From: Microcystis aeruginosa NIES-843 | GTDB taxonomy: Bacteria > Cyanobacteriota > Cyanobacteriia > Cyanobacteriales > Microcystaceae | NCBI RefSeq assembly: GCF_000010625.1 | Contig: NC_010296.1 | Coordinates: 4,980,001 to 5,012,000, forward strand | Length of the DNA stretch: 32,000 nt | Reading direction: 5' to 3' | Shown here: positions 1 through 9,199 of the stretch, one piece after another | How the letters are laid out: every line of letters starts with the position of its first letter | Position numbering within the stretch: position 1 is the stretch's first letter | The notes under the pieces: model-generated | The model's database searches: none | What the model saw: only the letters and a program-made list of their open reading frames with translations | What the model was told of the DNA's origin: nothing | Position numbers and translations under genes: made by a program

Positions 1-603
1 GAGAAAAAAGAGACAAGAAAACAAAAACAAACCAAAGAATCGCCTCAAGAAAATATAATATCTCTTGAAGATATTCAAATAACTCTTGATGACTTTATTA
101 CAAAATATTCAGAATCAATAAAAAGAAATGAGACAGAAAAACAAAAAGGATTAAGAGAATCTGTTCTTGCTATTGACGCTCACGCTCAAAAAGTTTACCC
201 AGAATTAGCCGATAAAGCTGATGCGCTATTGAGTGAACCAGTGGTTAAACCAGAATCAGAAGAAAAGTTAGGGGATTTGTGGGTGGTTAAACCAGAATCA
301 GAAGAAAAGTTAGGGGATTTGTGGGCTGTTATTTTCGGGAGCTATAGGTCGAAGGAAATTCCAGAAAAAGACATCAAAAAACTAGAGGCAACATTAGGGA
401 AGGAGAGCTTAGGTATTAGAGTATATCAGCGTGACGGAAAATATAGACTTGTTTCGGTGTACAGAGATCAGGCAACAGCCAGAAATGCTCTCGATAAAGC
501 CCAAAAGGAGAGACCAAGTTCCTATCTTAGAAATTTAGAGGATTGGTGTAACCAGAAGAAGTGTACTCCCATCCCCCCTAAACGAGACGATACTAATAAT
601 TAA
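1..603 (+). CDS. hypothetical protein, 5'-truncated by the window edge; charged low-complexity N-part, possible SPOR-like C-terminal domain
   Basis: Frame 1 has no stop from base 1 to TAA 601-603. The track ORF 229..603 (TTG) is therefore only the tail of a longer CDS. The last ~75 aa (WAVIFGSYRSKE...GKYRLVSVYRDQATARNALDKAQ) resemble a SPOR-type pattern by eye only. Confidence 0.55.
   Translation, partial: EKKETRKQKQTKESPQENIISLEDIQITLDDFITKYSESIKRNETEKQKGLRESVLAIDAHAQKVYPELADKADALLSEPVVKPESEEKLGDLWVVKPESEEKLGDLWAVIFGSYRSKEIPEKDIKKLEATLGKESLGIRVYQRDGKYRLVSVYRDQATARNALDKAQKERPSSYLRNLEDWCNQKKCTPIPPKRDDTNN
241..324 (+). repeat. perfect 42-bp in-frame tandem duplication (2 x VVKPESEEKLGDLW)
   Basis: 241-282 and 283-324 are identical (gtggttaaaccagaatcagaagaaaagttaggggatttgtgg). 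Confidence 0.95.
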
Positions 604-1252
604 CCCCTCCCAGCGTGCATCTATACCCCGAACTTGCCCAACCTGCTCCCACTAGGACTCGCCCTCCCCAACCTGAAAGTATATTACTCTTTTCTTCTTT
701 TCTGGGAGAGGGATTGGGGTTGAGGGCAATTAACCATCTCTGCCATTACTTTTGAAAAATGGCATTAGAGAGCGTTAGGCAGGGACAGTGACCGCCGAAA
801 TCAGCAAAGACCGTTCAATTCCCCCAAAACAGCCTGATGTTTCTGCCGCGCTGACCTTTCCTCGGTCGATGTGCGCTGGTTGCCGATAGTCGATAGGTGG
901 ATTTCGATAATCTCGTCAATTCTTTCGCTCGATGGCATCGAGTTCCCGACATATTTCGGCGGCCAGCCGATAATCCAGACTTCCCGTTAAAGTAGCTCCG
1001 TCATAGTGGCTGCCAGCATAGCAGCCGGGGTTATGGCCGCGGGGCAGTTTATCCCGGTTAAAAGTTTGAAAACAAGGGAAGCACAAGGTAAACTAATTAT
1101 GATAAAACATTAATATAGAGGTTCTCACACCTGTATGGCACAGTTAAACCTTTGCTGATTAAGCTTTTTAACATTGATAATGTACCTCCTGCGAACAGGA
1201 AATACTATAAATAAGCGGTAAAAATGAAATAAAATTAAGGGGAAAATTAATT

Positions 1253-1579
1253 ATGCAACTAGAAGATTATTTCTTATTTATCTCCGAAGATGATATTAGA
1301 ATCAAAGGTCATCGGCTCGGAATTGACAACGTACTCTTTTATTTCTTGGAAGGCTATACCCCAGAAGAAATAAATGCTATCTATCCCGATCTAAGTTTAG
1401 AGAAAATCTACGCAACTATTACTTATTATTTACAGAATCGGCAAAAAATTGATGCCTATTTATTGCGCCTCCAGAATTGGCGAGAGACTCGCTACCATGA
1501 AGCACTGAAAAATCCTTCGCCTCAACGAGAAAAGATGAGAAGAATTAAACAGCAAAGGCAAGATTCTGTCAAGGTATGA
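1253..1579 (+). CDS. DUF433-family antitoxin-like protein
   Basis: 108 aa. The IRIKGHRLGIDNVLFYFLEGYTPEEINAIYPDLSLEKIYATITYY pattern matches DUF433. AAGGGGA lies upstream of the ATG. The stop overlaps the next start (ATGA at 1576-1579). Confidence 0.8.
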   Translation: MQLEDYFLFISEDDIRIKGHRLGIDNVLFYFLEGYTPEEINAIYPDLSLEKIYATITYYLQNRQKIDAYLLRLQNWRETRYHEALKNPSPQREKMRRIKQQRQDSVKV

Positions 1580-1935
1580 AAATCAAGTTTTTACTCGATG
1601 AAACCTTATCCCCCCGCTTGAAAGTCGCTGTCTTAAGGTTAAATCCAGAGATAGATATTTTACGCATTGGAGAGCCGAATACACCACCGTTAGGAACTCT
1701 TGACCCTGATGTTTTACAGTATTTAGGATTATCTCAACGACTCTTGGTGACAGATAATCGTACCAGTATGACTGAACATTTAGAAGAATATTGGCAAAAA
1801 AATCAACAAATCTGGGGACTGTTTTAGATACGTCCCACAACAACAACGGGAAAACTAGCCGAAGAATTAATTATGATTTGGGAAACTACCGAAGCAGAAG
1901 AATGGATCGATATTGTCGATTGGATTCCTTTTTAA
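1576..1935 (+). pseudogene. DUF5615 (PIN-like, Mut7-C-related) toxin-like gene interrupted by an in-frame TAG at 1825-1827
   Basis: MKIKFLLDETLSPRL...LLVTDN is typical of DUF5615. After TAG the same frame stays open for 35 more codons (IRPTTTTGKLAEELIMIWETTEAEEWIDIVDWIPF) up to TAA 1933-1935. Confidence 0.6.
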
Positions 1936-1989
1936 TTAATGATATAATAAAATTATTACCGTCCTTTTTATGCTTGATTATTAATTTGA

Positions 1990-2892
1990 ATGACTCGCCA
2001 AATTCATGACCAATTTGCTAAGGAATATCTGGAGGAATTACTAACACCTCTAGGGACGATTAAAAAGAGTAAGAAAGTCAAAAGTGAGGTTCAAGAAATC
2101 GATGTCTGGTTTGAACCATTTAGCTCACCTCCTCCCACTGAGTTACCTTTAGGATTACTTGGAAAAATGGCGGCTACTTCCTGTTTGTTTGAACCTTTCC
2201 GCAATCCCCCGACCGAGGTAGAGATTCGCAGTTGTTTGTCAAAGTTATACACGGTTCATGGGGATGTCTTGAGAAAAGCGAAACGGTCAAACAAAACTCT
2301 GACGGTCGCAGAATTGCCTTTCTTATGGATTCTAACGCCCACCTTTTCAGCTAGAATGATTGAAGATTTCGGGACTCACAGCGATGAGAGTAATTGGTTA
2401 ACAGGGGTTTACTTTTTAGCGAAGTCTCTCAAAGCGGGCATCATTGTCATTCATCAATTACCAGTAAATGAAGACACCTTATGGTTGAGGGTATTAGGTA
2501 AAGGAGGGACACAGAAACGAGCAGTTGAAGAGTTAGTTGAACTGCCAGAACGCAATCCTTTTCGAGAGAATTTATTAGAAATTCTGGCCAACTGGCGCAA
2601 GAACTTAGAGTTGAGAGATAATTTAAGTACCGAAGAACAGGAGGACATCATGAACTTATCACCAGCTTATTTACAACAAAGGGAAGAGTGGAAGCAAGAA
2701 GGGATACAACAAGGTAGTTTAGAAGAACGGTATTCCCTGATAACCAGTCTTCTGGAAGGACGCTTTGGCCCCCTAGATTCGGAATTATTCAGTCTAGTAG
2801 AAAAGATGGCCCAACTTCCCATCTCGGAACGCACCGCTTTACTTCTTTCTTTAGCGAATTTATCCCGCGAGGAATTGTTGGAAAGATTGTAA
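1990..2892 (+). CDS. DUF4351-containing, Rpn/YhgA-like (PD-(D/E)XK nuclease family) protein
   Basis: 300 aa. The N-terminus (HDQFAKEYLEELL...SEVQEIDVWFEP) and C-terminal tail (LLEGRFGPLDSEL...LSREELLERL) match the abundant cyanobacterial DUF4351/Rpn-like family by eye. Confidence 0.6.
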   Translation: MTRQIHDQFAKEYLEELLTPLGTIKKSKKVKSEVQEIDVWFEPFSSPPPTELPLGLLGKMAATSCLFEPFRNPPTEVEIRSCLSKLYTVHGDVLRKAKRSNKTLTVAELPFLWILTPTFSARMIEDFGTHSDESNWLTGVYFLAKSLKAGIIVIHQLPVNEDTLWLRVLGKGGTQKRAVEELVELPERNPFRENLLEILANWRKNLELRDNLSTEEQEDIMNLSPAYLQQREEWKQEGIQQGSLEERYSLITSLLEGRFGPLDSELFSLVEKMAQLPISERTALLLSLANLSREELLERL

Positions 2893-2921
2893 ATTTCGTT
2901 TCTCGCTCTTCTTACAGTCGT

Positions 2922-3422
2922 TCAACGATAATTGTTTTCCTTTTGTTTTTGCCGATAAGCTTCAAATTCGGGGTTACTGGCAAGAATTTGACGAACGCGC
3001 TCGCGACTTATGCCGTATTTATCCCCTATTTGCTGATAGCTTAATCCTTGTCTATGGAGTTCTAAAAAATCGTAGCTTTTTTGCAGTTTTTCCTTTCTCT
3101 GTGCATCCCGTCTTGGGGTTGGACTCTTATCGCTAAGGTGTCCTACTATTTCCCTTCCCAACTCAGTCAAAGAATATTGAGAATCGTGGAAACTAACCAA
3201 TCCTTGTTTTTCCAATTCTTTAAGTATTTTATGTACTCTGGTTAAATTATGAGCAGTTGTTGCCAATTGCCGAGATGGTTCCGAAAGTATCCGAATTGCC
3301 GAATCGATCTCAATCGGATAATCTAACATCCCTTTCAGAATCTGTTTCTGTTTTGCTTGGAGATTAGCGATCATCTCCTCTAAATGTTGAAAGTCTTCAT
3401 TTTTATCCATCGGAATTATCAT
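2922..3422 (-). CDS. putative DNA-binding protein: MarR-like winged helix plus sigma-70 region-4-like HTH
   Basis: 166 aa. The central part (LTRVHKILKELEKQGLVSF...LTELGREIV) looks like a winged helix. The C-terminal LSYQQIGDKYGISRERVRQILA looks like a region-4 HTH. The gene is divergent from the oxidoreductase gene. Confidence 0.55.
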   Translation of the reverse strand: MIIPMDKNEDFQHLEEMIANLQAKQKQILKGMLDYPIEIDSAIRILSEPSRQLATTAHNLTRVHKILKELEKQGLVSFHDSQYSLTELGREIVGHLSDKSPTPRRDAQRKEKLQKSYDFLELHRQGLSYQQIGDKYGISRERVRQILASNPEFEAYRQKQKENNYR

Positions 3423-3573
3423 TTTAATAGACCTCTCCCTAGTTTGATAAAATCACAATCAGGGGATATTGTCAACAACTAACCGTAGCTTACCCAGTCG
3501 TTTATGCATTGCTGATGCACTTTTTAAAAAATGGTGATAAACTCAACTGTACTGGGTACACTCTCCCTATCGG

Positions 3574-5844
3574 ATGAATTTGAGAAAAAATCGAGAGAAA
3601 AAAACGATGAACGAACGAGAAACATCCAACAAAATTGAGGCGGGCGGGGGTTTTCCCGTATTGCAATATTGGGCAGAAAAAACTCTCTCTCCTCAAGGGG
3701 TTAAACTCTGGCAAACCTTGAATCATAAAAGTGCCTGTTTAGCTTGCGCTTGGGGAACGGGAGGACAAAAGGGCGGTTTTGTCAACGAAGCGGGGGAAAG
3801 TCTGCAACGTTGTCTCAAAAGTGTCGAGGCAGTTACTTCCGAATTAATGCCAGGTATTAAAACTGATTTTTTTCAGACCTATCATCTCGCTCAATTACAG
3901 TCCTTAACCTCCCTAGAATGCGATCGCTTGGGTCGTTTTAGTTATCCCGTCCTCTTAAAAGCCGGAGAAAGTCACTATCAACGTATTAGCTGGGAAGAAG
4001 TTTATCGATTAGCTGAACAAGCTTTTCATCAACCGTCCGAGACCATTGCCTCCTATAGTTCGGGACGTTCTTCTAATGAAGCCGCCTATCTCTTACAATT
4101 GTTTTTCCGGGCATTAGGAAGTAATAATTTAGCCGATTGTTCCGATCTCTGTCATGCCGCCTCGACCGTAGGCTTAAAACAGGTTTTCGGAACCGGAACT
4201 TCGATGGTCAGTCTGGAAAGTTTAAAACAAGCCGATTGTGTGGTGTTAATCGGTTCTAACGCTCCGGCTAATCATCCTCGCCTGATGAATGAATTAATTC
4301 AAATTCGTGATCGCGGCGGTAAAATTATTATTATTAACCCGCAAATTGAAGTCGGATTGGTCAAATTCTCCTCACCCGCTTTTCCGATTAAATCTTTATT
4401 GCGGGGCGGTTCCGATATTTCTACTCTCTACCTACAGCCGATTCCGGGTAGCGATACCGCCCTATTCGTCGGATTACAAAAATCTTTAATTGAACAAAAT
4501 TTAGTGCGGTGGGATTATCTCAAATCCCGTACAGAAAATTGGCAATCTGTTATAGATTATGCCCGACAAACACCATGGGAAACCATTACTAAAACCTGCG
4601 GTTTGTCCCGAGAAGAAATTGAAGCAACCGCCGCCCTTTTCGGCAATTTAGAGCGTGTGGTTTTCGCTTGGGCGATGGGGGTTACACAACAGGAAAATGG
4701 GGTAGATAATATTATCAGTATTGCCAATACCGCTTTAATGACGGGAAATGCTGGCAAAATCGGAGCCGGAACCATGCCAATCAGAGGTCATTCTAATGTA
4801 CAGGGCTTCGGTTCTATGGGCGTTACGGTGAGATTACGTCAGGAAATCGCCGAGGCACTTGCTCAACTTTTAGGAAAGCCATTAAATATAACCGGCGGTT
4901 ATGATACCAGGGCATTAATTGAAGCTGCCGAACGGGGAAAAATTAACACTCTTTTCTGTTTGGGAGGTAATCTTTATGGAGCAAATCCAGATTTAACTCA
5001 AGCCAAAAAAGCCTTAGCTCAAATTGATACGATTTTTTATGTAGCTACTAAGCCAAATTTAGGACATTTTCAGGGATTAGCCCGACAAAATACGGTAATT
5101 TTACCCGTCTTCGCTCGTTTTGAAAATCCTCACCCGACAACCACCGAATCGGGCAATAATTTTGTCCGTTTTAACGAGCGGGGAAGCAGTCATCTACAGG
5201 GTTCCCATGTGGATATCATCTCGGAAGTAGAACTGTTAACAAATATTGCCGTCAAGGTTTTAGGCACAAACCCGATTGATTGGTCGAGATTACACGATAC
5301 CGCCTATATTCGTCAGTTAATCGCCAAAACGATTCCGGGTTATGAAAAGATCGGGCAATTAGATCAAACCCAAACAGAATTTACCATTAGCGGACGGATT
5401 TTTACCGAACCCCATTTTCCAACATCGACCGGAAAAGCGCAAATGTCTGTCACGCTTTTACCCACTTTAAAAGCACCGCAAAAGCAAGATTTCAATCAAC
5501 CAGAAAATGCACCCGGAATTGCTCTGATTCTCGGAACAGGACGCAGTTATGGACAACATAATACCGTCGTTTATCAAGTGGGCGATAAATATCGGGGAAT
5601 GCCTCACCGTCATTGTTTATTGATCAACGCCGAAGATGCCAAAAAAGCGGGCTTTCAAGAACATCAACGAGTCACCGTTCAAGGAGATGCCGGCAAATTA
5701 GAAAATATCGAACTTATTTTCGGTCCGATTCGCGAAGGTGTTGGCTTTATGTTCTATCCCGAAGCCAATGTTTTATTCAAGGCTAAAATCGACCCTCGCT
5801 GTGGAACCCCCGCTTATAAACGAGTTCCCGTCTGGGTTTTTTAG
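3574..5844 (+). CDS. molybdopterin-dependent oxidoreductase alpha subunit, FdhF/YdeP family
   Basis: 756 aa. It has an N-terminal Cys cluster (CLACAWGTGG), a CSDLCHAAS Mo-ligand region, molybdopterin oxidoreductase core motifs and a C-terminal dinucleotide-binding barrel. An alternative start is ATG 3607. Confidence 0.85.
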   Translation: MNLRKNREKKTMNERETSNKIEAGGGFPVLQYWAEKTLSPQGVKLWQTLNHKSACLACAWGTGGQKGGFVNEAGESLQRCLKSVEAVTSELMPGIKTDFFQTYHLAQLQSLTSLECDRLGRFSYPVLLKAGESHYQRISWEEVYRLAEQAFHQPSETIASYSSGRSSNEAAYLLQLFFRALGSNNLADCSDLCHAASTVGLKQVFGTGTSMVSLESLKQADCVVLIGSNAPANHPRLMNELIQIRDRGGKIIIINPQIEVGLVKFSSPAFPIKSLLRGGSDISTLYLQPIPGSDTALFVGLQKSLIEQNLVRWDYLKSRTENWQSVIDYARQTPWETITKTCGLSREEIEATAALFGNLERVVFAWAMGVTQQENGVDNIISIANTALMTGNAGKIGAGTMPIRGHSNVQGFGSMGVTVRLRQEIAEALAQLLGKPLNITGGYDTRALIEAAERGKINTLFCLGGNLYGANPDLTQAKKALAQIDTIFYVATKPNLGHFQGLARQNTVILPVFARFENPHPTTTESGNNFVRFNERGSSHLQGSHVDIISEVELLTNIAVKVLGTNPIDWSRLHDTAYIRQLIAKTIPGYEKIGQLDQTQTEFTISGRIFTEPHFPTSTGKAQMSVTLLPTLKAPQKQDFNQPENAPGIALILGTGRSYGQHNTVVYQVGDKYRGMPHRHCLLINAEDAKKAGFQEHQRVTVQGDAGKLENIELIFGPIREGVGFMFYPEANVLFKAKIDPRCGTPAYKRVPVWVF

Positions 5845-5919
5845 TTATCAACTCCTCTGATTTTCTTTTTTGGAAATAATGAAATAGGGTTAAGCAGGTA
5901 GGCGTTAAAAATTATCAGA

Positions 5920-6073
5920 CACCCCCCTTATCAAGGGGGGCAGGGGGGATCCCCCCGCCTATCGGCACCCCCCTTATCAAGGGGGGCAGGGGGGATCCCC
6001 CCGCCTATCGGCACCCCCCTTATTAAGGGAGGCAGGGGGGATCCCCCCGCCTATCGGCACCCCCCTTATTAAG
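5920..6073. repeat. 46-bp tandem repeat, 3 full units plus a 4th unit split by the IS (continues 7661-7690)
   Basis: Units start at 5920, 5966, 6012 and 6058. The consensus is CACCCCCCTTATCAAGGGGGGCAGGGGGGATCCCCCCGCCTATCGG, which contains C6/G6 hairpin arms and the palindrome GGGGGGATCCCCCC. Confidence 0.9.
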
Positions 6074-7660
6074 CTATCCATTAGTCGGATCTTTCTTAAC
6101 AAAAAGAGAAGAAACTTAAAAAAAGGGGAAACGATTGATAGGTATAGTTTTGAAAGAAGGAATTAAGGTGGAGGTAAGCAAAAAAATGGAGAAATGGGCA
6201 GCCCAAGAATTACAGTATGCAGACCTAGGGGACACCAGAAGAAAGAAAAGGTTAATCAGTATCGTAGAAAACTTGGCCAGCCAACCTAGTACAAGTGTGC
6301 CACAAGCCTCGGGAAATCTAGCCGCAGCGAGTGCCACCTACGACTTTTGGAATTCCCCCTATTTTCACCCGTCAGATATAATTGCCGCCCAAGCTAAAAG
6401 TACAGTAGAAAGAATCAAAGAACATCCAATAGTTTTGGCAGTGCAAGACACAACAAGTTTAGACTTTACGACCCAAAAAGCCAAAAAAGGAATGGGTTAT
6501 CTAGATTATAAAAAATCCTTTGGTCTCAAAGTTCATACCACATTAGGAGTGTCAGCGCAAGGAATACCTTTAGGACTGATTAATCAATATGTCTGGGCAA
6601 GAGAAGAAAAGAATTTAGGGATTGCCAAGCAACGCAAAAAAAGAGAAACCCAAGAAAAAGAAAGTCAAAGATGGTTAGATTCTTTGTCAGAAACACAACA
6701 ACAGATACCCGAAGATATTCAAGTAGTAACAATCGGAGATTGTGAGGCAGACATATTTGATTTATTTGCCCAATCAAGAAGTCCTAACTCTCATTTATTA
6801 ATTCGAGGAACTCATAACCGAAAAGTTAACTATCTCGAAGACAAGCAAAGGTCAGGGCATTCAGAGCCTAAATATTTACATCAATCCATCAGAGAAATAA
6901 AAGCCTGTGGGACCTTAGATGTGCAAGTAAAACGCAATCCTAATCACGAGGCTAGACTAGCTAAACTAACAGTTAGATTTGCCAGTTTTGAAATACAAGT
7001 ACCTAGCCATCACTCCAAGGCGACCCCTCGTCAACCGGTCAAATTACAGGTAATTTTAGCTGAAGAAGAAAATCCGCATAGCGGAGTTAATCCTATCAGT
7101 TGGCTGCTCTTAACTAGCCTAGACATTAGTAGCTTTGAATCAGCGATAACCTGTGTGCGCTGGTATAGTTATCGCTGGTTAATAGAACGCTATCATTTTG
7201 TTTTAAAAAGTGGTTGTGGATTAGAAAAACTGCAATTAGAAACGGGTCGTAGAATTGAGATGGCCTTAGCTACCTATTCAATTGTAGCTTGGAGATTACT
7301 TTGGTTAACCTATCAAGCACGCTTACACGGAGAGGAGAGTTGTGAAAGTTTTTTGGAAGAACATGAATGGCAATCTTTGTGTGCCACTATTCATAAAAAG
7401 AGTCCGCCACCTGAAAAGCCGCCCTCCTTTCGAGAAGCGGTCAGAATGATTGCTTCTCTTGGGGGGTTTTTAGGTAGAAAAGGTGACGGTGAACCAGGTG
7501 TTAAAACTATTTGGTTGGGACTGCGAAGGTTACATGATATCAGCCAGACTTGGAAACTATCTCATCAAATTAGTCCCCCCATAGAACCCCCTTGAGCCAT
7601 CTTGCACACTTTTCTCTTTTTGTCAAATTTTATGTTAAGAAAGATGTGACTAATGGATAG
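6074..7660 (+). mobile_element. IS4-family (IS50/Tn5-like) insertion sequence, 1587 bp, apparently intact
   Basis: The terminal inverted repeats are CTATCCATTAGTCGGATCTTTCTTAACA (left) and CTATCCATTAGTCACATCTTTCTTAACA (reverse complement of the right end). A 9-bp direct duplication CTTATTAAG lies at 6065-6073 and 7661-7669. Confidence 0.9.
6186..7595 (+). CDS. IS4-family DDE transposase (Tn5 Tnp-like)
   Basis: The N-terminus (LGDTRRKKRLISIVENLA...LAVQDTTSLDF) parallels Tn5 Tnp. DDE candidates are QDTTS and GDCEADIF. The Y-x2-R-x3-E-x6-K motif is YSYRWLIERYHFVLK. The track ORF starts at TTG 6135, but ATG 6186 follows AAGGTGGAGG. Confidence 0.9.
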   Translation: MEKWAAQELQYADLGDTRRKKRLISIVENLASQPSTSVPQASGNLAAASATYDFWNSPYFHPSDIIAAQAKSTVERIKEHPIVLAVQDTTSLDFTTQKAKKGMGYLDYKKSFGLKVHTTLGVSAQGIPLGLINQYVWAREEKNLGIAKQRKKRETQEKESQRWLDSLSETQQQIPEDIQVVTIGDCEADIFDLFAQSRSPNSHLLIRGTHNRKVNYLEDKQRSGHSEPKYLHQSIREIKACGTLDVQVKRNPNHEARLAKLTVRFASFEIQVPSHHSKATPRQPVKLQVILAEEENPHSGVNPISWLLLTSLDISSFESAITCVRWYSYRWLIERYHFVLKSGCGLEKLQLETGRRIEMALATYSIVAWRLLWLTYQARLHGEESCESFLEEHEWQSLCATIHKKSPPPEKPPSFREAVRMIASLGGFLGRKGDGEPGVKTIWLGLRRLHDISQTWKLSHQISPPIEPP

Positions 7661-7950
7661 CTTATTAAGGGGGGCAGGGGGGATCGAACCTAAAATCCAT
7701 TTTTAATTTAATTAGAACTCTTGCAAATTAATTATATGTTATAATGATGGGTTAACTAATTTTCCCCAAAAAATTAGTTAATCAGTACATTCGTCCTGAA
7801 TGAAAACTTGAAGTTTAACTTTTAACTCAAAACTCTTTAGAGCTGCTTTAATTTGGTTATCAAAACCTCTTTATTTAAGCGGCACAAACTATCTCAATTT
7901 TTATAATTGAGAATAAATTCTCCTTGACTTGATTAATCTTTAGGCAACTT

Positions 7951-8129
7951 TTAAGAAGCTGCTATACCTATCCCTAACTCACAGTTATAAATAGCCGCCA
8001 ACAAGTTAACTCTTAAACTATATCTTCGACGACGATTCCGATATTTACAGGATAAGATTTTAAAGATTTTGAGTTTCCTATTTATAGGTTCAATGATAAT
8101 CCTTTCTTTAGCTAAAGCCTTGTTATACT
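7951..8129 (-). pseudogene. C-terminal fragment of the outer-copy transposase
   Basis: This is the reverse complement of the 3' end of the inner-copy gene (..YNKALAKERIIIE.INRKLKIFKIL...GIGIAAS*), with a few SNPs. Confidence 0.8.
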
Positions 8130-8270
8130 AGACCTCTTGCATAATTTTTTTATGGTATAATATAAGGTTTTGCTTTTTTCTCAATTCTTAGATTGAAGTG
8201 GAAAAAAGAATAAAATGTGATCTTAGGTCAGGAAATCATCTATAATTTTGCTATGTTTATTAGCAAAATT

Positions 8271-9199
8271 ATGGATTATCAAAACTTATCAGATGAACAA
8301 TTCAAACGCCGTTTCGGTGTGTATAAACAAACATATAGAAAGATGGTAGAATCAGTAAAAAGTGTTGAAGCCGACTCTAATTCACCATCTAAAAGGGGAC
8401 CGAAACCTAAACTATCTATAGAAGAACAAGTTTTAGTAACGTTAGAATATTGGCGAGAATATAGAACATATTTTCACATTGGTACAAGCTGGGAACTATC
8501 AGAATCAACTATATGTCGGATTGTAAATAAGACGGAAAAAATGCTTTTACAATCGGGAAACTTCCGTTTAAAAGGAAAAAAAGCTTTACTCAATCAAGCA
8601 GAGATACCGGTCATAACGGTAATGGATGTAACGGAAACTCCCATTGAACGCCCCCAAAAGAAACAGAAAGATTTTTTGGGGGGTAAAAGAGGTTATCATA
8701 CTTTAAAATCCCAATTAGTAGCTGATCAAAATACAGAGGAAATTATCTGTGTCTTCTGTGGGAAAGGTAGAGGTCATGATTTTAGTTTATTTAAAAAAAG
8801 TCGAGTTCGTTTTCATCCTTTAACTACCAGCATAGAAGACAGTGGTTATCAGGGAATAAGCTTAGACGCACTTACATTGCACTTTAATATCCTGGAACGC
8901 CTTGTAGATAGGGATACGAGTAGGAAACTTAAATGCGTCTAAGCTTAGCTGCATACCATAGTAATAGTTATACACCGAAAAAGAAATCGAAAAATAGAAA
9001 ATTAACAGAGTTAGAAAAAGAGTATAACAAGGCTTTAGCCAAAGAAAGGATTATCATTGAACATATAAATAGGAAACTCAAAATCTTTAAAATCTTATCC
9101 TGTAAATATCGGAATCGTCGTCGAAGATATAGTTTAAGAGTTAACTTGTTGGCGGCTATTTATAACTGTGAGTTAGGGATAGGTATAGCAGCTTCTTAA
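8271..9199 (+). pseudogene. DDE_Tnp_4-type transposase of the inner copy, disrupted by a MITE
   Basis: Track ORFs 8217..8942 and 8933..9199 are one gene. The outer copy reads ..SGYQGIAAYHSNSYTPKKK.. without interruption, whereas here 89 bp intervene after GI. DDE candidates are VMDVTE, SIEDSGYQG and IIIEHINRKLK. Confidence 0.8.
8859..8945. mobile_element. 87-bp MITE inside the inner transposase gene
   Basis: The terminal inverted repeats are AGCTTAGACGCA ... TGCGTCTAAGCT, flanked by TA at 8857-8858 and 8946-8947. The element is absent from the otherwise collinear outer copy. Confidence 0.75.

Noticed and set aside
1583-2009. Track ORFs 1583..1846(-) and 1791..2009(+)
   Set aside because: The first is antisense to the DUF5615 gene. 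The second is out of frame with the protein-like in-frame continuation after the TAG. Neither has recognisable features.
3426-3446. TAGACCTCTCC near the HTH gene start resembles the IS5-type terminus TAGACCTCTTGC
   Set aside because: Only ~9 bp match, with no partner terminus and no duplication.
5920-6073. Possible CRISPR array, suggested by regularly spaced palindromic repeats
   Set aside because: The 46-bp units are contiguous with no unique spacers, and no cas genes are present. It is a tandem repeat, not a CRISPR array.
8217-9199. Treating 8217..8942 and 8933..9199 as two separate genes
   Set aside because: Comparison with the outer IS copy shows they are one transposase gene split by an 87-bp MITE. 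The residues ISLDALTLHFNILERLVDRDTSRKLKCV* are MITE-encoded.
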